Part shown: piece by piece, positions 25,706-38,030 of the stretch
Layout: every line of letters starts with the position of its first letter
How positions within the stretch are numbered: position 1 is the stretch's first letter
Origin: Yuukianura sp. NJ FZ-2021
Taxonomy: Eukaryota
Length of the DNA: 64,000 bases
Reading direction: 5' to 3'
NCBI GenBank assembly: GCA_046563655.1
Contig: CM102290.1
Location: 13,206,001-13,270,000 of the forward strand
The notes under the pieces: model-generated
Told to the model about the DNA's origin: nothing
Database searches by the model: none
What the model saw: only the letters and a program-made list of their open reading frames with translations
Position numbers and translations under genes: made by a program

Positions 25706-28700
25706 ATGAAGCGAAGGCCGACAACTGTGTCTAATGGGTGGATTGCTCATCTTCTGACAGCTTTAGCAGTTGTCACATTTGTAAGTAACATTTCTTGAAA
25801 ATTCGTCAAATTTACCACAATTTTAAAAAATTTAACAGTGGGGAAAAGGAAAACAAAACCTGACTTATTGCCTAACCTCAGTTAGACGGCTCTTGAAATA
25901 AACACGCTGTAAACTACTTTAAATTCTGTGTAAAAGGCGTCAAATCAAAAGCTGTGCAAATTGCTAAGCCAGAATCACAAGAAGGTCAGCTTTTTAGCCG
26001 CTTGTGCATCTCTGAAGCGGAATGTGTGAATGTGTCAGTGTCATCCGACTAGCACAAGCACACCAATACTTCACTCAACTGCGACACACTTATGCTTTCA
26101 ATTGAAACAACAAACACAACAAATTACTTTTCTTCTCTCTGCTAAAGCGTAACGTACGCAAGAAATGACCAATCCAACATCAACGTCAATGTCTTTCAAT
26201 ATATTAGAAACAGCTTCCGCTTTACTGTATTCCACCTCATCTTCATTTCGAAATCCGTATTATCGCGTGGTTGTCGTTTGACAGACGTTTTAAATTGTAA
26301 TTGAGGTTTATGATAATGAATTGTGATGTGTCGTAATCCCACGTTTTACACACGCACCTAGCGTATCTAAGTGTTAAAAGTCGAATTAGCAGATTTTAGT
26401 CTCCGCAACGACTAACGTGACTATGAGGGAGGACGATTTTAGTTGAATCTACAATTAGTCTTTGCAATTTTAATTTGCAGCTAACTGGTTCCATCATAAT
26501 TGGCTACGTGGCTTGGATTCTGTCAACTTCTGTGTCAATTCAAAGATTTCAGTCTGGAACATTGGTAAGTTATTGGAAGTTATAAAAATTTAAAAAAAAG
26601 TATTGGGATTATGAACTTTGAAACATTGAATGAACAAAAATTATTCGTTAATGGTTAAGTCTAAATTAATTTAGAAAAGTATAGGGAGTCCACATCCGTT
26701 CCGTTTTTCTTTGCAGAAACTTTCTCTGTTAACCTTTCACATGAACAAAAGAGAGGTATTGTGACATTGAAAATTGAATTGGAAACGAAGCATGAGAAAA
26801 GTGAAATTGAAATATTTTTCATAATTCATCGGAAGTCATTTTACTCAAACAATTTTGTGTTTTTTGTGTTTACAGCACGAAATTTTGGAAAACGTAAAAA
26901 TCTCTAATTCAGATTCTTTTTTTTAAATTACAATTTCTGTAATCCAATGTTTGTGGTTCAATCGTTACTAACCAGGAAGTCGTTTTATATTTTACACTAT
27001 TTTTTTTGTATAGATTTTTAAGTTAATTTTTTATTAGATTTTGACGTACATCGTGATATGCGCTGGATTCACATTGTTTTTTACTGGCCTTATCGGCTGG
27101 GTCGCTGGAGCCAGTGAAACGCCTTGTATCATTCGTTTGGTATGGTGAAATCGTATTTTTACTCAAAAATATTAAAAACACTGTTATTTATATCAGTATT
27201 TAAAAAAAACAGTTTATTAAAACAGTTTATTAAAACGTTTTAAACATCAAAATCTGCACTTTGGATGCATAAATTTCAATAGTACAAAAGACAAAATTTT
27301 GATAAAATTTTAATCTTGACTTTTTTTTTCTAAACTAAACCAATAATGTGAGGTTCAACCACAGTTATGGGTGAAACGTTATGATGAAATATGAGAGACC
27401 AAGCCACAACACAATTGATTTGTGAATTACGAGTGATTGCTGGGGACTAAATTGAATTGTCCCCATACGTTAATATAGTAACATGCAAATTGGAATTGGC
27501 ACTCGTACTTAATAAATGTAATGTCTTTTGTTGGTTTTCCTTTTGTTCTAGTTCATTGCATTTGTGGTCGTTACAATCCTGGCTGCCATTGGTCTCGGAC
27601 TTACTGCAGCAGCAATTCGAATTGAGGTAGTTACTCCCTTCCAATTGGTTCCCACGCTAATGTTGACATGTGAATTAGTTCACGCAATGCAAACAAAAGA
27701 AATTCCAATGAAACATGAAGGAACGGAAAGTTAAACGAAAATGAGAATTGCTGGTAAAAAGAAAGTATCGTTTATTCCTCCGTCAACATTTGCAAACATT
27801 TTTTTTTCTTTCAAGAATTGTTTGACTATTAAATTCCCGTTAAACATTTTTTTTGTGCAAACGAAACTAACGAGGAGCTCTGCCATTACAAATTGAAAAT
27901 TTTTGTTAATGCTTCATTTTTTGTTTAATTTAAAAGCCATTAAATTACACAGTCAGCCCTTGGTACGTATGGGATTATTAATGAATTGCTGCAGTCAATA
28001 CGAATTGCAGAAATGCAATTTGTTTCGTTTTGAAACAAATTGCAAAATTTGTTTGAAAATTTTTGTATAAATAAAAGAAAGTGAAAATGTCAGAATGACA
28101 TTTTTTTTTAAAATTAACTGCATTGCAACTAAATGATAGTCATAATACCAATACAATCGTACGTGTGAAAGCGTTTCTAATTTCGTCAATTTCGAATTGA
28201 CAGTGCTTAAAGTACGTATAATATGAAAACTGAACGTTTGAGCAAATTTTTGTCAATTTCCGCACAATTGTGTGTAAAAAGTAGTAGACGAAAAGAGATT
28301 TTTGAACGAATTTTTATCAATTTCGAAATACGAGGTGACACTTGACTTGGTTGTGCTTACAGTTGGAAGACATATTTCGATTTGGATGGCTTGAGGTGAA
28401 CCAAAGTACGCGAAATGTCATCCAATCGTCGGTATGACCTTGACACTTTAAAGATGACACGCTTAAACATTAACTCTGATGTGAATGTTTAAATAATTAA
28501 ACTGAATTTTTTGTTACTTCGAATATTGTCAATGCTAAATAGCTTAACTGCTGTGGATTCAACGGACCCCGAGAATTTGCTGACAACAATTACCACATAG
28601 ACGCATCTTGCTACGAAATTTTTCAAGGAGAGAGGCGGCTTAAGCAGGCAAAGCCTAACAGAAAATTTTGATACAATTTAAACAACATTTGAACAAGTTA

Positions 28701-28955
28701 ACATTCTTTTGAACTGTTTAGGCAAGTTGTAGTGCCGCACTTCTGAGCTGGTTCAAATCTAGGAAAGGAACTTGGATTGGATCTGGCCTTGGACTGTTCA
28801 GTGTCCAAGTACTGTCCATCTTGGTCGCATCTTACAACCTCCATTCTCTAGCACAGAAACGCAAAAACAGAAGAAATGAGTCCAGGTCAAGCTCCAATCG
28901 ACATCTGTACGCTCCATCTGATGGAACGAGCGAAACGTTTCGTGATTCGCTATGA
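25706..28955 (+). CDS. Tetraspanin, 7 short coding exons (missed by the ORF track)
   Basis: Spliced product has TM1 (WIAHLLTALAVVTF|LTGSIIIGYVAWIL), TM2 (ILTYIVICAGFTLFFTGLIGWVAGA), TM3 (FIAFVVVTILAAIGLGL), an EC2 loop with IQSS|LNCCG...DASC...ASC, TM4 (WIGSGLGLFSVQVLSILVA) and a basic tail. All introns are phase 0. Confidence 0.85.
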
Positions 28956-29222
28956 AAACAATTTTCATGATTCACTGTAACAAAATATTTTTATGTAAAT
29001 GAGTTTTTGTTTTTGGAATATTTGTTCCAAGTGTAATATTTCCTATGTAATATTTTTAACCTACATAGTAAAATATTAGTAAGTGTCAGCGTTGGTAATA
29101 CTTTCTAAACCCAGTTTTACTGCTAATACAGCATATTTTGTCTAATTTTTTGTAAAACATGATTTAAAAATGGAAGTATCGAAATCCATAAAAAATAGTT
29201 TCTATATTTACGCTGATAGTTT

Positions 29223-29391
29223 CAGGTCATTAGAGCGAAAACAAAAATCGCGAATTCTACAAGTTGGCAGCACTGCACGTAGATTACCCATGAACCCCCT
29301 TTTAAAAACTCAACCTACGCCACAATAAGGTTCAGTTGCGCTGTTGCCAACTTAATGAATTCGCGCTTATTGTTTTCGCACTAATGACCTG
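29223..29391. mobile_element. MITE, family A, best-preserved copy, between the convergent tetraspanin and NIPP1 3' ends
   Basis: caggtcattagagcgaaaaca...aagttggcagca and tgttgccaactt...tgttttcgcactaatgacctg. Confidence 0.85.
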
Positions 29392-29512
29392 CTGCGACGC
29401 TGATCACCCCACGAACAACCCCCCTAATAGATATTTTTTAAAATTTTAAAATAAATTGGTAAAAATGTAAACGCATACATTACTAATTAATGACTAATTA
29501 CCTTAACGTGTT

Positions 29513-31125
29513 TCATACTAACAAGTTTCCACTATGTTTTTTCCCTGGCCACGCCTCCTTAGCATACTTCTTCCGCTTAGGCTCATCTACAAATTCTGAT
29601 GGTGGAGGTCTAGCAGCCGAAACTGTTGGAGGAGGTGGTGGGGCTTGTTCAATTTTCTTGATATCGTCAATTTCAGGAGCTGGATTCGGCAGTGACATGC
29701 CCAATTTTGTGGATAGATTTTGTAACGTAGTAAAGTATGGTGTATTAACTGAGGTTTCAACCTGGAAATCCTCATACAGACTAACTTTTGGAACCAAATG
29801 ATGCTTCACTGGTTGATGTGGTACGAGACCCAGACTTAGACGAGGACGCTACAAAAACGGAACAAGAAACTTTTATATTCGTAGTATTATATAAACTAAA
29901 ATAACAAACTAACAAAATATTGCGAATAAATAATAAGCAGACAAAGCTATGGGGAAAATAAACTTGAAGTTTGTAAGCAGGATGAAGGTGAAGAAGGAAT
30001 TGGATTTTGCGAGGAGTGAAAGCTTGGTTCAAAGGTAAGTGCTGCGTCGCCCTTCGTAGAATACGAACACCTAAAGCACATAGGTCAAAGTTACATAAAA
30101 CAATACCTTCTTTTCAGATGGAATCACAGTGCTTTGAACTAAGTTTCTGAATCTGCCAATCGTTGGATCAATGTCTTCAGGATTTATTACCTCATGCACG
30201 TCACTAAAACTCACGCTTAGCTTCTTCCGCTTCTTCTTCCCTCGATCGTCGTCAGTGATTCCGAGCATGGAGATGCGACGATTCTGGGCAGTGTTGTACT
30301 CCGTCAGATTCTGAAAATTTCAGAAGTATAGTTTCGGTTTCCAAACGCATATTCTCTTCACGAGGTTAAAAAAACATGTAAGTATGAAATCTTACATCCA
30401 GTTCAGTGTCAGCTTCTGGCAAGCCCAGAAGTGCTCCGTCGTTATCTGAAACTTGTCGCTCTAGTTCGTAAATAACAGGACGAGAAGGATTGACTGGACG
30501 CTGACGCAGGATGTACTGGCGAGTAGAAGCTCCAAAGTGAAAGCGGCAATCCATTTGAAGCTGCGTGGGTTTATTGGCTTCAAGTCTCAACGTCCCGATA
30601 AACGTTCCATGTGCTGAAATACAAAGTTTGAGTGTATTGGAGTCTTTACTTGCTTTCGTGAGCATGAAAGATTTTAACAACATACTGCTTCCAAGGTCAA
30701 TCAAAAACGCTCGATCCAAATGCTTGTGATACACGAGGGCGGCGTGAATCCGAGAACAGGATGCGTGGTCGATACAAATATCGTTTTGTTGAGGGTTACG
30801 TCCGAAAAGGTAGTGTTTCTTCTGATCAACCATCAGTTTCTAAACAAAGAAGCATGGTGTTAATCGACTAAAATGTTCAACTTAGGGTATTTGTAATAGT
30901 TTTGCCTTTTCAACTTAAATTCATCATTTCTTTTACCTGAATCAGTTTGTCTCCCTTCATGACGTCCAGATGATAACCAGACGGAGGTACTTCGGCCCTT
31001 GATGTTCAAGTTTACGATTATTCTTCATACAATTCATCCTCCTTAATTTATTTTCTTAAGTTTTATTATTACCAATCGGGAATCTCGTAGCCTGGACCTG
31101 GACTCGGTTGACTCGTAGATGACAT
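29513..31125 (-). CDS. PPP1R8: Nuclear inhibitor of protein phosphatase 1 (FHA domain)
   Basis: MSST...YEIPDW|AEVPPSGYHLDVMKGDKLIQ|KLMVDQK; FHA motifs FGRN, SRIH, STHGTF-like; NLTEYNTAQNRRI; EVINPEDIDPTIGRFRNLVQ; C-terminus KKYAKEAWPGKK. Confidence 0.93.
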
Positions 31126-31769
31126 GCTGTAAGAGTGACAGTCTCCCAGTAACGACTAATGCCTTAATTCACTCCCCAATTTAACCTTTCAAAAAAACAC
31201 ATTACAATTATTGCACAAGTACAATACAATTTCATTCAAAAATCGGAATAACTTACTTGGTCGATTTACAGTTGGATCATCCAACTTGGACTTGGATGGA
31301 TGCGCAAATCAGGGGTTACGTGTCGTCCTTATGAACTTGATGTCTGAACCACGATCAACTGCTAGTGGTTGACTAATTGATTAATGTACGAGTAAAACTA
31401 AAAACCGGCTCAAAATAAGTAAATCTACGAAGTGTAATCAACTGTCTACTAAACAACAATCAACTCTCAGTTCTAAAATCTTATTCACAATCACCTGTGC
31501 TCTTTCCTTTTATATATGGAGACAGTGATGGTCGCTCGTGTAAATATGCGATGTGGACGCAGCTCCCCTGCGGATTGTACATGCGATGTGGGGTTTTGGA
31601 TTTCAAAACGCACAACGAAATATCATGTCCGTTTTGTTTACTGCAAAGTTAGTAATATAAACTCCTAACTGACTAGTACTGCCAATACAGGAAATTGTTA
31701 TACTATAATAGAAATGAGATACTATAACTTATTATTATCTCTGGTAGTATAAATTCGTAATGAATAAAT

Positions 31770-32030
31770 ATGTTATAGTGTATAACGTAGTATCACTCTT
31801 CTCTCAATGAGATGAACAACTTTTGTCAAGGCCATTTTCATGTCACCGGCGATAAACGCTAAACGTTCCTTGACCATTGACCAGGAACGGGTTGACCCAC
31901 CGGGATGATATTCAATAATGGAAATCCGGAAATGTAGGACCGTTTGGAGATAATTACTGCTGATGGGCGGATGGACGGCCATACAGACAGACTGAGACAA
32001 CTCAACCATAAAGTAGCTTTCGCTAAGTTA
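31770..32030 (+). repeat. Family E (Helentron/HINE-like) copy
   Basis: ggagataatt...ggacggccatacagacagac...aaccataaagtagctttcg, matching 11470-11612. Confidence 0.55.
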
Positions 32031-32441
32031 CCTAATAAGGGTTTATAAAACTTAACAGTCCGCTCTACCCAATAAGACTCTAACATAATAAATTATTAGT
32101 TAAGCTAATAATCATTTACTTTATTATTGAATTAAAGATACAACTGACACAGGGGTATTCATTGTCAACAGACGTAATTGATCACAAAGCTCCAATCTAC
32201 TAAAAACTATCCTATTGGTGATAATCAAACTGCTAAAAATATCTGTAGTACCACGTTCAGGAGGTCAAGTTTCATAAAAATATTTTATGAACCAATAATC
32301 TAGTTTTGCTAAGCTCTGAAAAATCATATTGCACACATTAATTTGGTAACAAAGTGAAAGACAATCTGTTGTCAGTCTTAAACAATTCAAGGCAATATTG
32401 TTTGTTCCTTCTTCAAAAAATATTTGTTCTTGGCACCAGTC

Positions 32442-35400
32442 TTAATAGGGATGGTGAAGGGGATGATGAATTTGCGTAAGAGGATGGCTTTGCGTCTTCT
32501 CTTGTACGCTGGTAGGTTGTGGGACGGTTCCATACGGCCATTGATAAACATACTGAGGATAAGCATATTCCGGTTGCAGTGTATACTGAGCAGGCGGTGG
32601 AAAAGCTGTATTCGGATACTGGAAAAACACAAAATGCAAACAAAAAGAAATCAGATTAGGAGCAATAATCCTACGAACGACGGTGGAATAAACGATAAAA
32701 AGCAAACACTATGCTATTTACCACATAGTTATGGGCAACTGGCTGCGATTGACTTGATTTTTGTTCTTCGATGGATTTCAATGCCACAGAAACTCCGGCC
32801 AGCATTCCCCTAACGAAGTCAATATCACCACGCCCCAGTGATGTATGAAGGTAATCTCGGTGACGCTGGTAAGTTTTCTCAGATCCAGACCCAGTCAACT
32901 CTCGTAAACCAAATGTTTTCAACGCCTCTTTAGTTACGCGTGTCCACTCTGTCTTAGAACAATAGAAATTGGACACTGGAGGCGGAGGAGAACGGCGGGT
33001 TGGTCTTGGTGGGGCGCTCCAAGGCTGCGAAAGAAGCTGCAATACATAACAAAATGGTATGGAGTTATGCTTGAATTTTATAAACTAATATCATTACATT
33101 TAGTTGTAGTATTTTAAAATTATCAATTAAGAGTAAATATTTAGAAAGGAAGCGATACCGGACGACGTTGTTGTGAGGTGACTGTGGCTGGCCTGTCGCG
33201 GATCGGAACTAAATTCGGGTTCGAAGTTTTTGTAACTTTGGCTGGAACTGGAGTTGGTTGTTGTGAGGATCGTTTAGGCGCGGACGTTGGTTGCTCTCGA
33301 GGCCTTGGAGCAAAGTTCTGATTCAACGGAAGGTAAATGGCTTTGCCATTTCCAGCACTACATGTGGGAAGTCCAAGGTCGTTGCGCAAAAGTCCGGTGA
33401 GCTGAAGAATGTGGAGTACTCTCATTGGAAGCCCATAGAGATCCGGCCCAAAAGCACTGAAGATGGCAAGCAAGGTTTGACCAGGAATGGACTTGAAATT
33501 CTCCCAAATAAACTCTACGTAACGAACTTTGATAGCATCGTCACTGAGTTTAAGTGTCTGGCGGCTATTTGACATGTATCTCTTCAAGAGGGCTTTGAAT
33601 AATTCAAACGGTATTACACAGTTTAGTGGACTCCATCCGTTTCTGGGCGGAATCTTCTGTTCTACTCTTGCCTCTTGGTTCAACGAAAGTTGGAAGAGAG
33701 ATGCACCGGTTTCCATCAAGATCTGACGAGATGCTTTGCCCAGGTCAATCTTGTTCCTTAAAGCCATGTCTCTTTTTCTGTCTATTTCTGGCTGGAGAAT
33801 ACGTCGCCAATTATCCACTTCACCTTTCGTGAGTTTCTTAACTTCGAAAATTCCAGCGGGAGATAGCCCATGGCGCCTGTTCTCGTTCTCAATGTGCATA
33901 TACACACCACGGTTCAAGACTTCTTTAGAAATACCACAACCCCTTCTGCGATACCTAAAAAATACAAATGGAACATTTTTAATTTAACCGTATGATTCAC
34001 ATTTACAGGGATTTGAACAAAATTCTAAACCTTCGAGTTTTTTGAACTACAATTCGTGATAGCAGCCTAACCTAAAAAAAATAATGGAGTTTTTCTACTA
34101 ACAATAAGCGATCAGCTAAAAACCAACGTTTTTGCAGAAATGTCAGAGCGCCCCAAGGTAAATAGAATACTCCTAGGTACGGTTTATTTACAATGAAAAA
34201 GAATTTCGGCAATTTTTTTTCCCCTCGACGACGTCATTTCTACCGTGAGTTTTTTAATGTTCAACTTGTGTTTTCTCTGTTTCCGTGTTAACGCCTTCAT
34301 TGAAAACTTTTTCCTACAACAGAAATCCTAAAAAACTCACTGTATTCCCCACGATGACGTCACGGATTTTAATTTACTTTTTTGTTGCCATTGGATACCG
34401 CCCCTAGCTGAGAGCGCCCCAACTACATTCGAGATTGTTTAAACAATATAATTATTAACAAAGTTTAACTTGTATCAAATTAATTTAAGAAATGACATTT
34501 AAAAAAACTGAAAAGTCAATTATGAACGTTTTCTGTTGTTTTTTTAAATCCATCAAGCTAAAATCATTTTAAATATTTTAATTTTTTTTTAGTTAATGCC
34601 TTCTTTTATTGTTCAATTCAAACAATTTGCAATGTGCGTTGGCGTACGTTCGAGTGTTTTTTTTCCTGATCGCTCAGTAGAAAAACTCCACCCTTTCTCA
34701 GATTAGGTTTACATACCACTGAATGAAAAGATCCATTCCATTTCCAGTTGCATTGTTGCTGTTGGCGCCGGAGAATTGGATTTGTATTGCTCGCAAGACC
34801 TCTTCGAAGTGAAAGTGGGAAAAATCCAGTTCTCGTTCCAGCCTGAAAAGTGAAAGAATTGGATTAAAGCAGCCAGTAAGTTACCCTGCACGGGTACTTA
34901 AATATTAGGAATAGGCATTGAAACAATGAGAATTTACCTAGTGTAATCTGCATGACACACAGCAGGTTCCTTTGTTGAGGATTCTTTTTGGATTTGACTG
35001 CCCAATGAAACTTGCGGCGGGGCGGTTTGACTGCCCAATGAAACTTGCTGCGGAGGGACTTGACTGCCCAATGAAACTTGCGGCGGGGCGGTTTGACTGC
35101 CCAATGAAGCTTGCTGCGGGGCCACAGCCATCCTTGTTCCAGTATTTATGAGAAGATTTTGTGCAGGCTCGGAGTTGGGCACAGTTTGAGACCAGTTGAT
35201 GAGCATTTGTTTTGAACAGAAGAGGCTAAGAATTCTTCCAGGATAGAATTTGAGATCCGTTCCAAAGGCAGAAATAACGGCCATGAGAAATTCTTCGTCC
35301 GTAGATGCAACGTTATGCATATACTCTATGTACCACTTCTTCAAAATGGCCGTTCGATGAGTCTGTGTAACAACACTTCCAACGACACGAGTCAAAAGCA

Positions 35401-36487
35401 TCGTTTTTTCGAACAGTTCGAACGCCATTGAGAGATTTAGTGGACTCCACTGAGCGTTCCAAATTAAGTCGGTCTGCAAAACACAATTAACGAACAGTAT
35501 GAGTTTTCAACTGTTTCTTTTGTATAAGCTAATATTTCAACTGCTACGATCATAGTATTAATTATAATATATGAATATAACCTATATGATAAGTCTTACG
35601 TTCATAATCGCCGCCCTCGGAAGTGGTTGAGAAAACTTGGGAGTCAATATAGACTGGAGTTCAGTTTTCCCGTCAATCAAGAATGCCAACATTTCTGTCC
35701 AGTGCCGCCTAGGATGAGAAAAAGTTGTTTTCACTTCGTTTGGATCGGCAGTACGCTGTCTAATAACATTATCCATATCCTCGTTTAGTTTGTTTCTGAC
35801 AGCCCATCTCTCATAGGCAGCTTTAGCAACAGCATCCGTCGCAGTGTCTTCTTTTACTTTGGGAAGACATCGGTTAAAGATTCGTTGGTTCTCCTCCATA
35901 TGACGAAAGTAGTTCAGCATTATAGTCTTCTGCTGAACTGATCCCACACGTGATGGAGATTGAACACCCTTTACTTTGTACTGGGAAACGAGCTCTACAC
36001 AGATCCACTCCACATCCATAACTTTAGGCAATGGATTGCCGGGGAACTTCTGTGCATGGGAAGCCATGATTTCTTCTAGAGTCCTCTCATTACGTTTTTC
36101 ATTTTGGTTTTGGATCTGACTTTCATTGTCGTCTTCCATCAAATCAACAACTTCTGGAGGAGGTTTCTCAGGAACGGGAAGCTCAACCACTGAAAGAGGT
36201 GGAGACACTGCGGGACCATAGTCATACCAACTGGTATCATGGTGATATGTCGGCGTAACATATCCAGAACTGTCCTCGAGATTAATAGTCTGAACAAATT
36301 CGTCGTCGTTGCCATTTTCTTCAAGATCAATAACTTCCACAACCTCCAGTACCGTAACAGGTGAATCAGGGCCTGGAGAAATTCCGTCGGGAACCTCACT
36401 TCTAATGGGTGGTCGTGGTTCTACCCGCGGTAGTCTGATGGAAGGTGGTGGCGGTGGCATCATTGTGGATTCTCCACGGGTGGTCAT
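32442..36487 (-). CDS. Orphan protein of ~950 aa: N-terminal SIM cluster, two copies of an unrecognised ~230-aa domain, Tyr/Pro/His-rich tail; 6 coding exons
   Basis: Frame-consistent GT-AG joins: 36487-35600, 35473-34938, ~34842-34717, ~33954-33159, ~33036-32722, ~32618-32442. The internal duplication is visible (WSPLN...FELF...SAFG.DL). Confidence 0.8.
34993..35120. repeat. 33-bp coding minisatellite (~4 units) encoding SLGSQ(TA/VP)P(P/Q)QV
   Basis: tttgactgcccaatgaaacttgcggcggggcgg repeated in tandem with alternating variants. Confidence 0.9.
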
Positions 36488-38030
36488 GATTTACTTCTGA
36501 TAGTTATCTGACGTGTCTAAAACAGAAAACTAATTAAAAAGTTGTCCAAGGAAATAATCGTTAAAACCGTTTACGCCAGGTTCAGAGATCTACACACACA
36601 CTAACTAGGTTTTGAAGATTTTACGAGACTGGGGTTAAGCGCTCAACGTAACGTGAGTGCCTTCAACAAGTAAACCGAACAATTAGTTAAGTTACTAGTT
36701 AATACTTTAAATTGACTAAAGCTGAAATAGTATACCTTCCTGTCTAATGAATAATCGGCATTTCACCCAAGGTTTTAGTCCCGGCTCCCGTGTTCCAACT
36801 GAAGAGTTGTTTTGTCTGTAAACATTTAAAAAATCAACTTACTTTTAGAAACAGGTGAAACTCAAAGAAGCAAGTTAAATTCAAAAGTTGAAGTTAAAGA
36901 TTACCTTGATAATGATAAGAAAGTTATTTTACCTTCTTTACATTTGGAATGTTGAACTTATTTAATTCGAATTGCATTGCAAGTTGCAATTTGCAACTTG
37001 TTATTGGGTGCTGTGCTGTGCTAAGAAAACAGCTCGAGTGTAAGTTGAGATAGTCGTGCAACTTACCAATGTAACCGGACTCTTTTTTCTAATAGTTAAC
37101 GGAAGGATATGATTGGACGATGCAACCATAAGGCTTGTGAACTTATATTTTCGACTGAATAACATCAATGGAAAGTTATTCCAGCCGCAGCCACCGAATT
37201 CTACATCATAATTGCCGGTGGCTACATTGTTTGAAAACAATTGCGTGTATGTATCGTTATTTCAACCCATGATAATACGTATATATTCCAATTCAAAGAG
37301 TACCATTATAATTAACTTACTCTATGCGATGACGACTTTCCGTTTGTTTTTTTTTATACTGATGTTACTTTGTGAATAACTCCTGAGACACAGTACAAGC
37401 TAAAAGCGGCTGGTTGCCTTGGGTCCATAACTGAATTAGTATACTGTATGATTATGGTTACATCGAAGGTTGGTCGAATTTACTGTAACAATAAAATGGA
37501 AGGAGGTTGGTTACAACAATGTAGTTCCGGTTGGCTTCAACGAAATAGAATGTCTTTGCTACATGTGAGTGTGCTCTTCCCGCGTTTTTGTAGAAATAAC
37601 GCGGCATCGTTGTCAATGTTAGGTATGTTTCTAAAAAAATTATAAACAATAATTGTTGTAATTATTGTACAAAATCTCTAAAATAATCTAACTGCGTTAA
37701 TCCAAATCAAGTTCAATCAACAACTTTTAGTCTTTATTGGATAAAACTATACAAACTACAAAATATACTTTGGAGTTCATTCATCGACAAACCTTTTTAT
37801 GTCCGAACAGACATTTAAAAAATGAGCTTCATACATCATGCTTCAACACGCCATGCAGTATTTAAATGTAAGAAAGTACTTGTTGATCCAACGTAAGCCA
37901 AAGTACTAGAACCTGATCATGATCATAACTACTTAATACTAACTATCTTGTAGGTGAACAGCCATGCTAAGTGAAACCAGGCGTTATTAACAAAAATAGA
38001 AAATGAACATCTCCGAGGAAGTAGGCAGTC

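Noticed and set aside
34993..35120. 33-bp repeats as a CRISPR array
   Set aside because: The units are contiguous with no unique spacers, lie in frame in a eukaryotic exon, and there are no cas genes.
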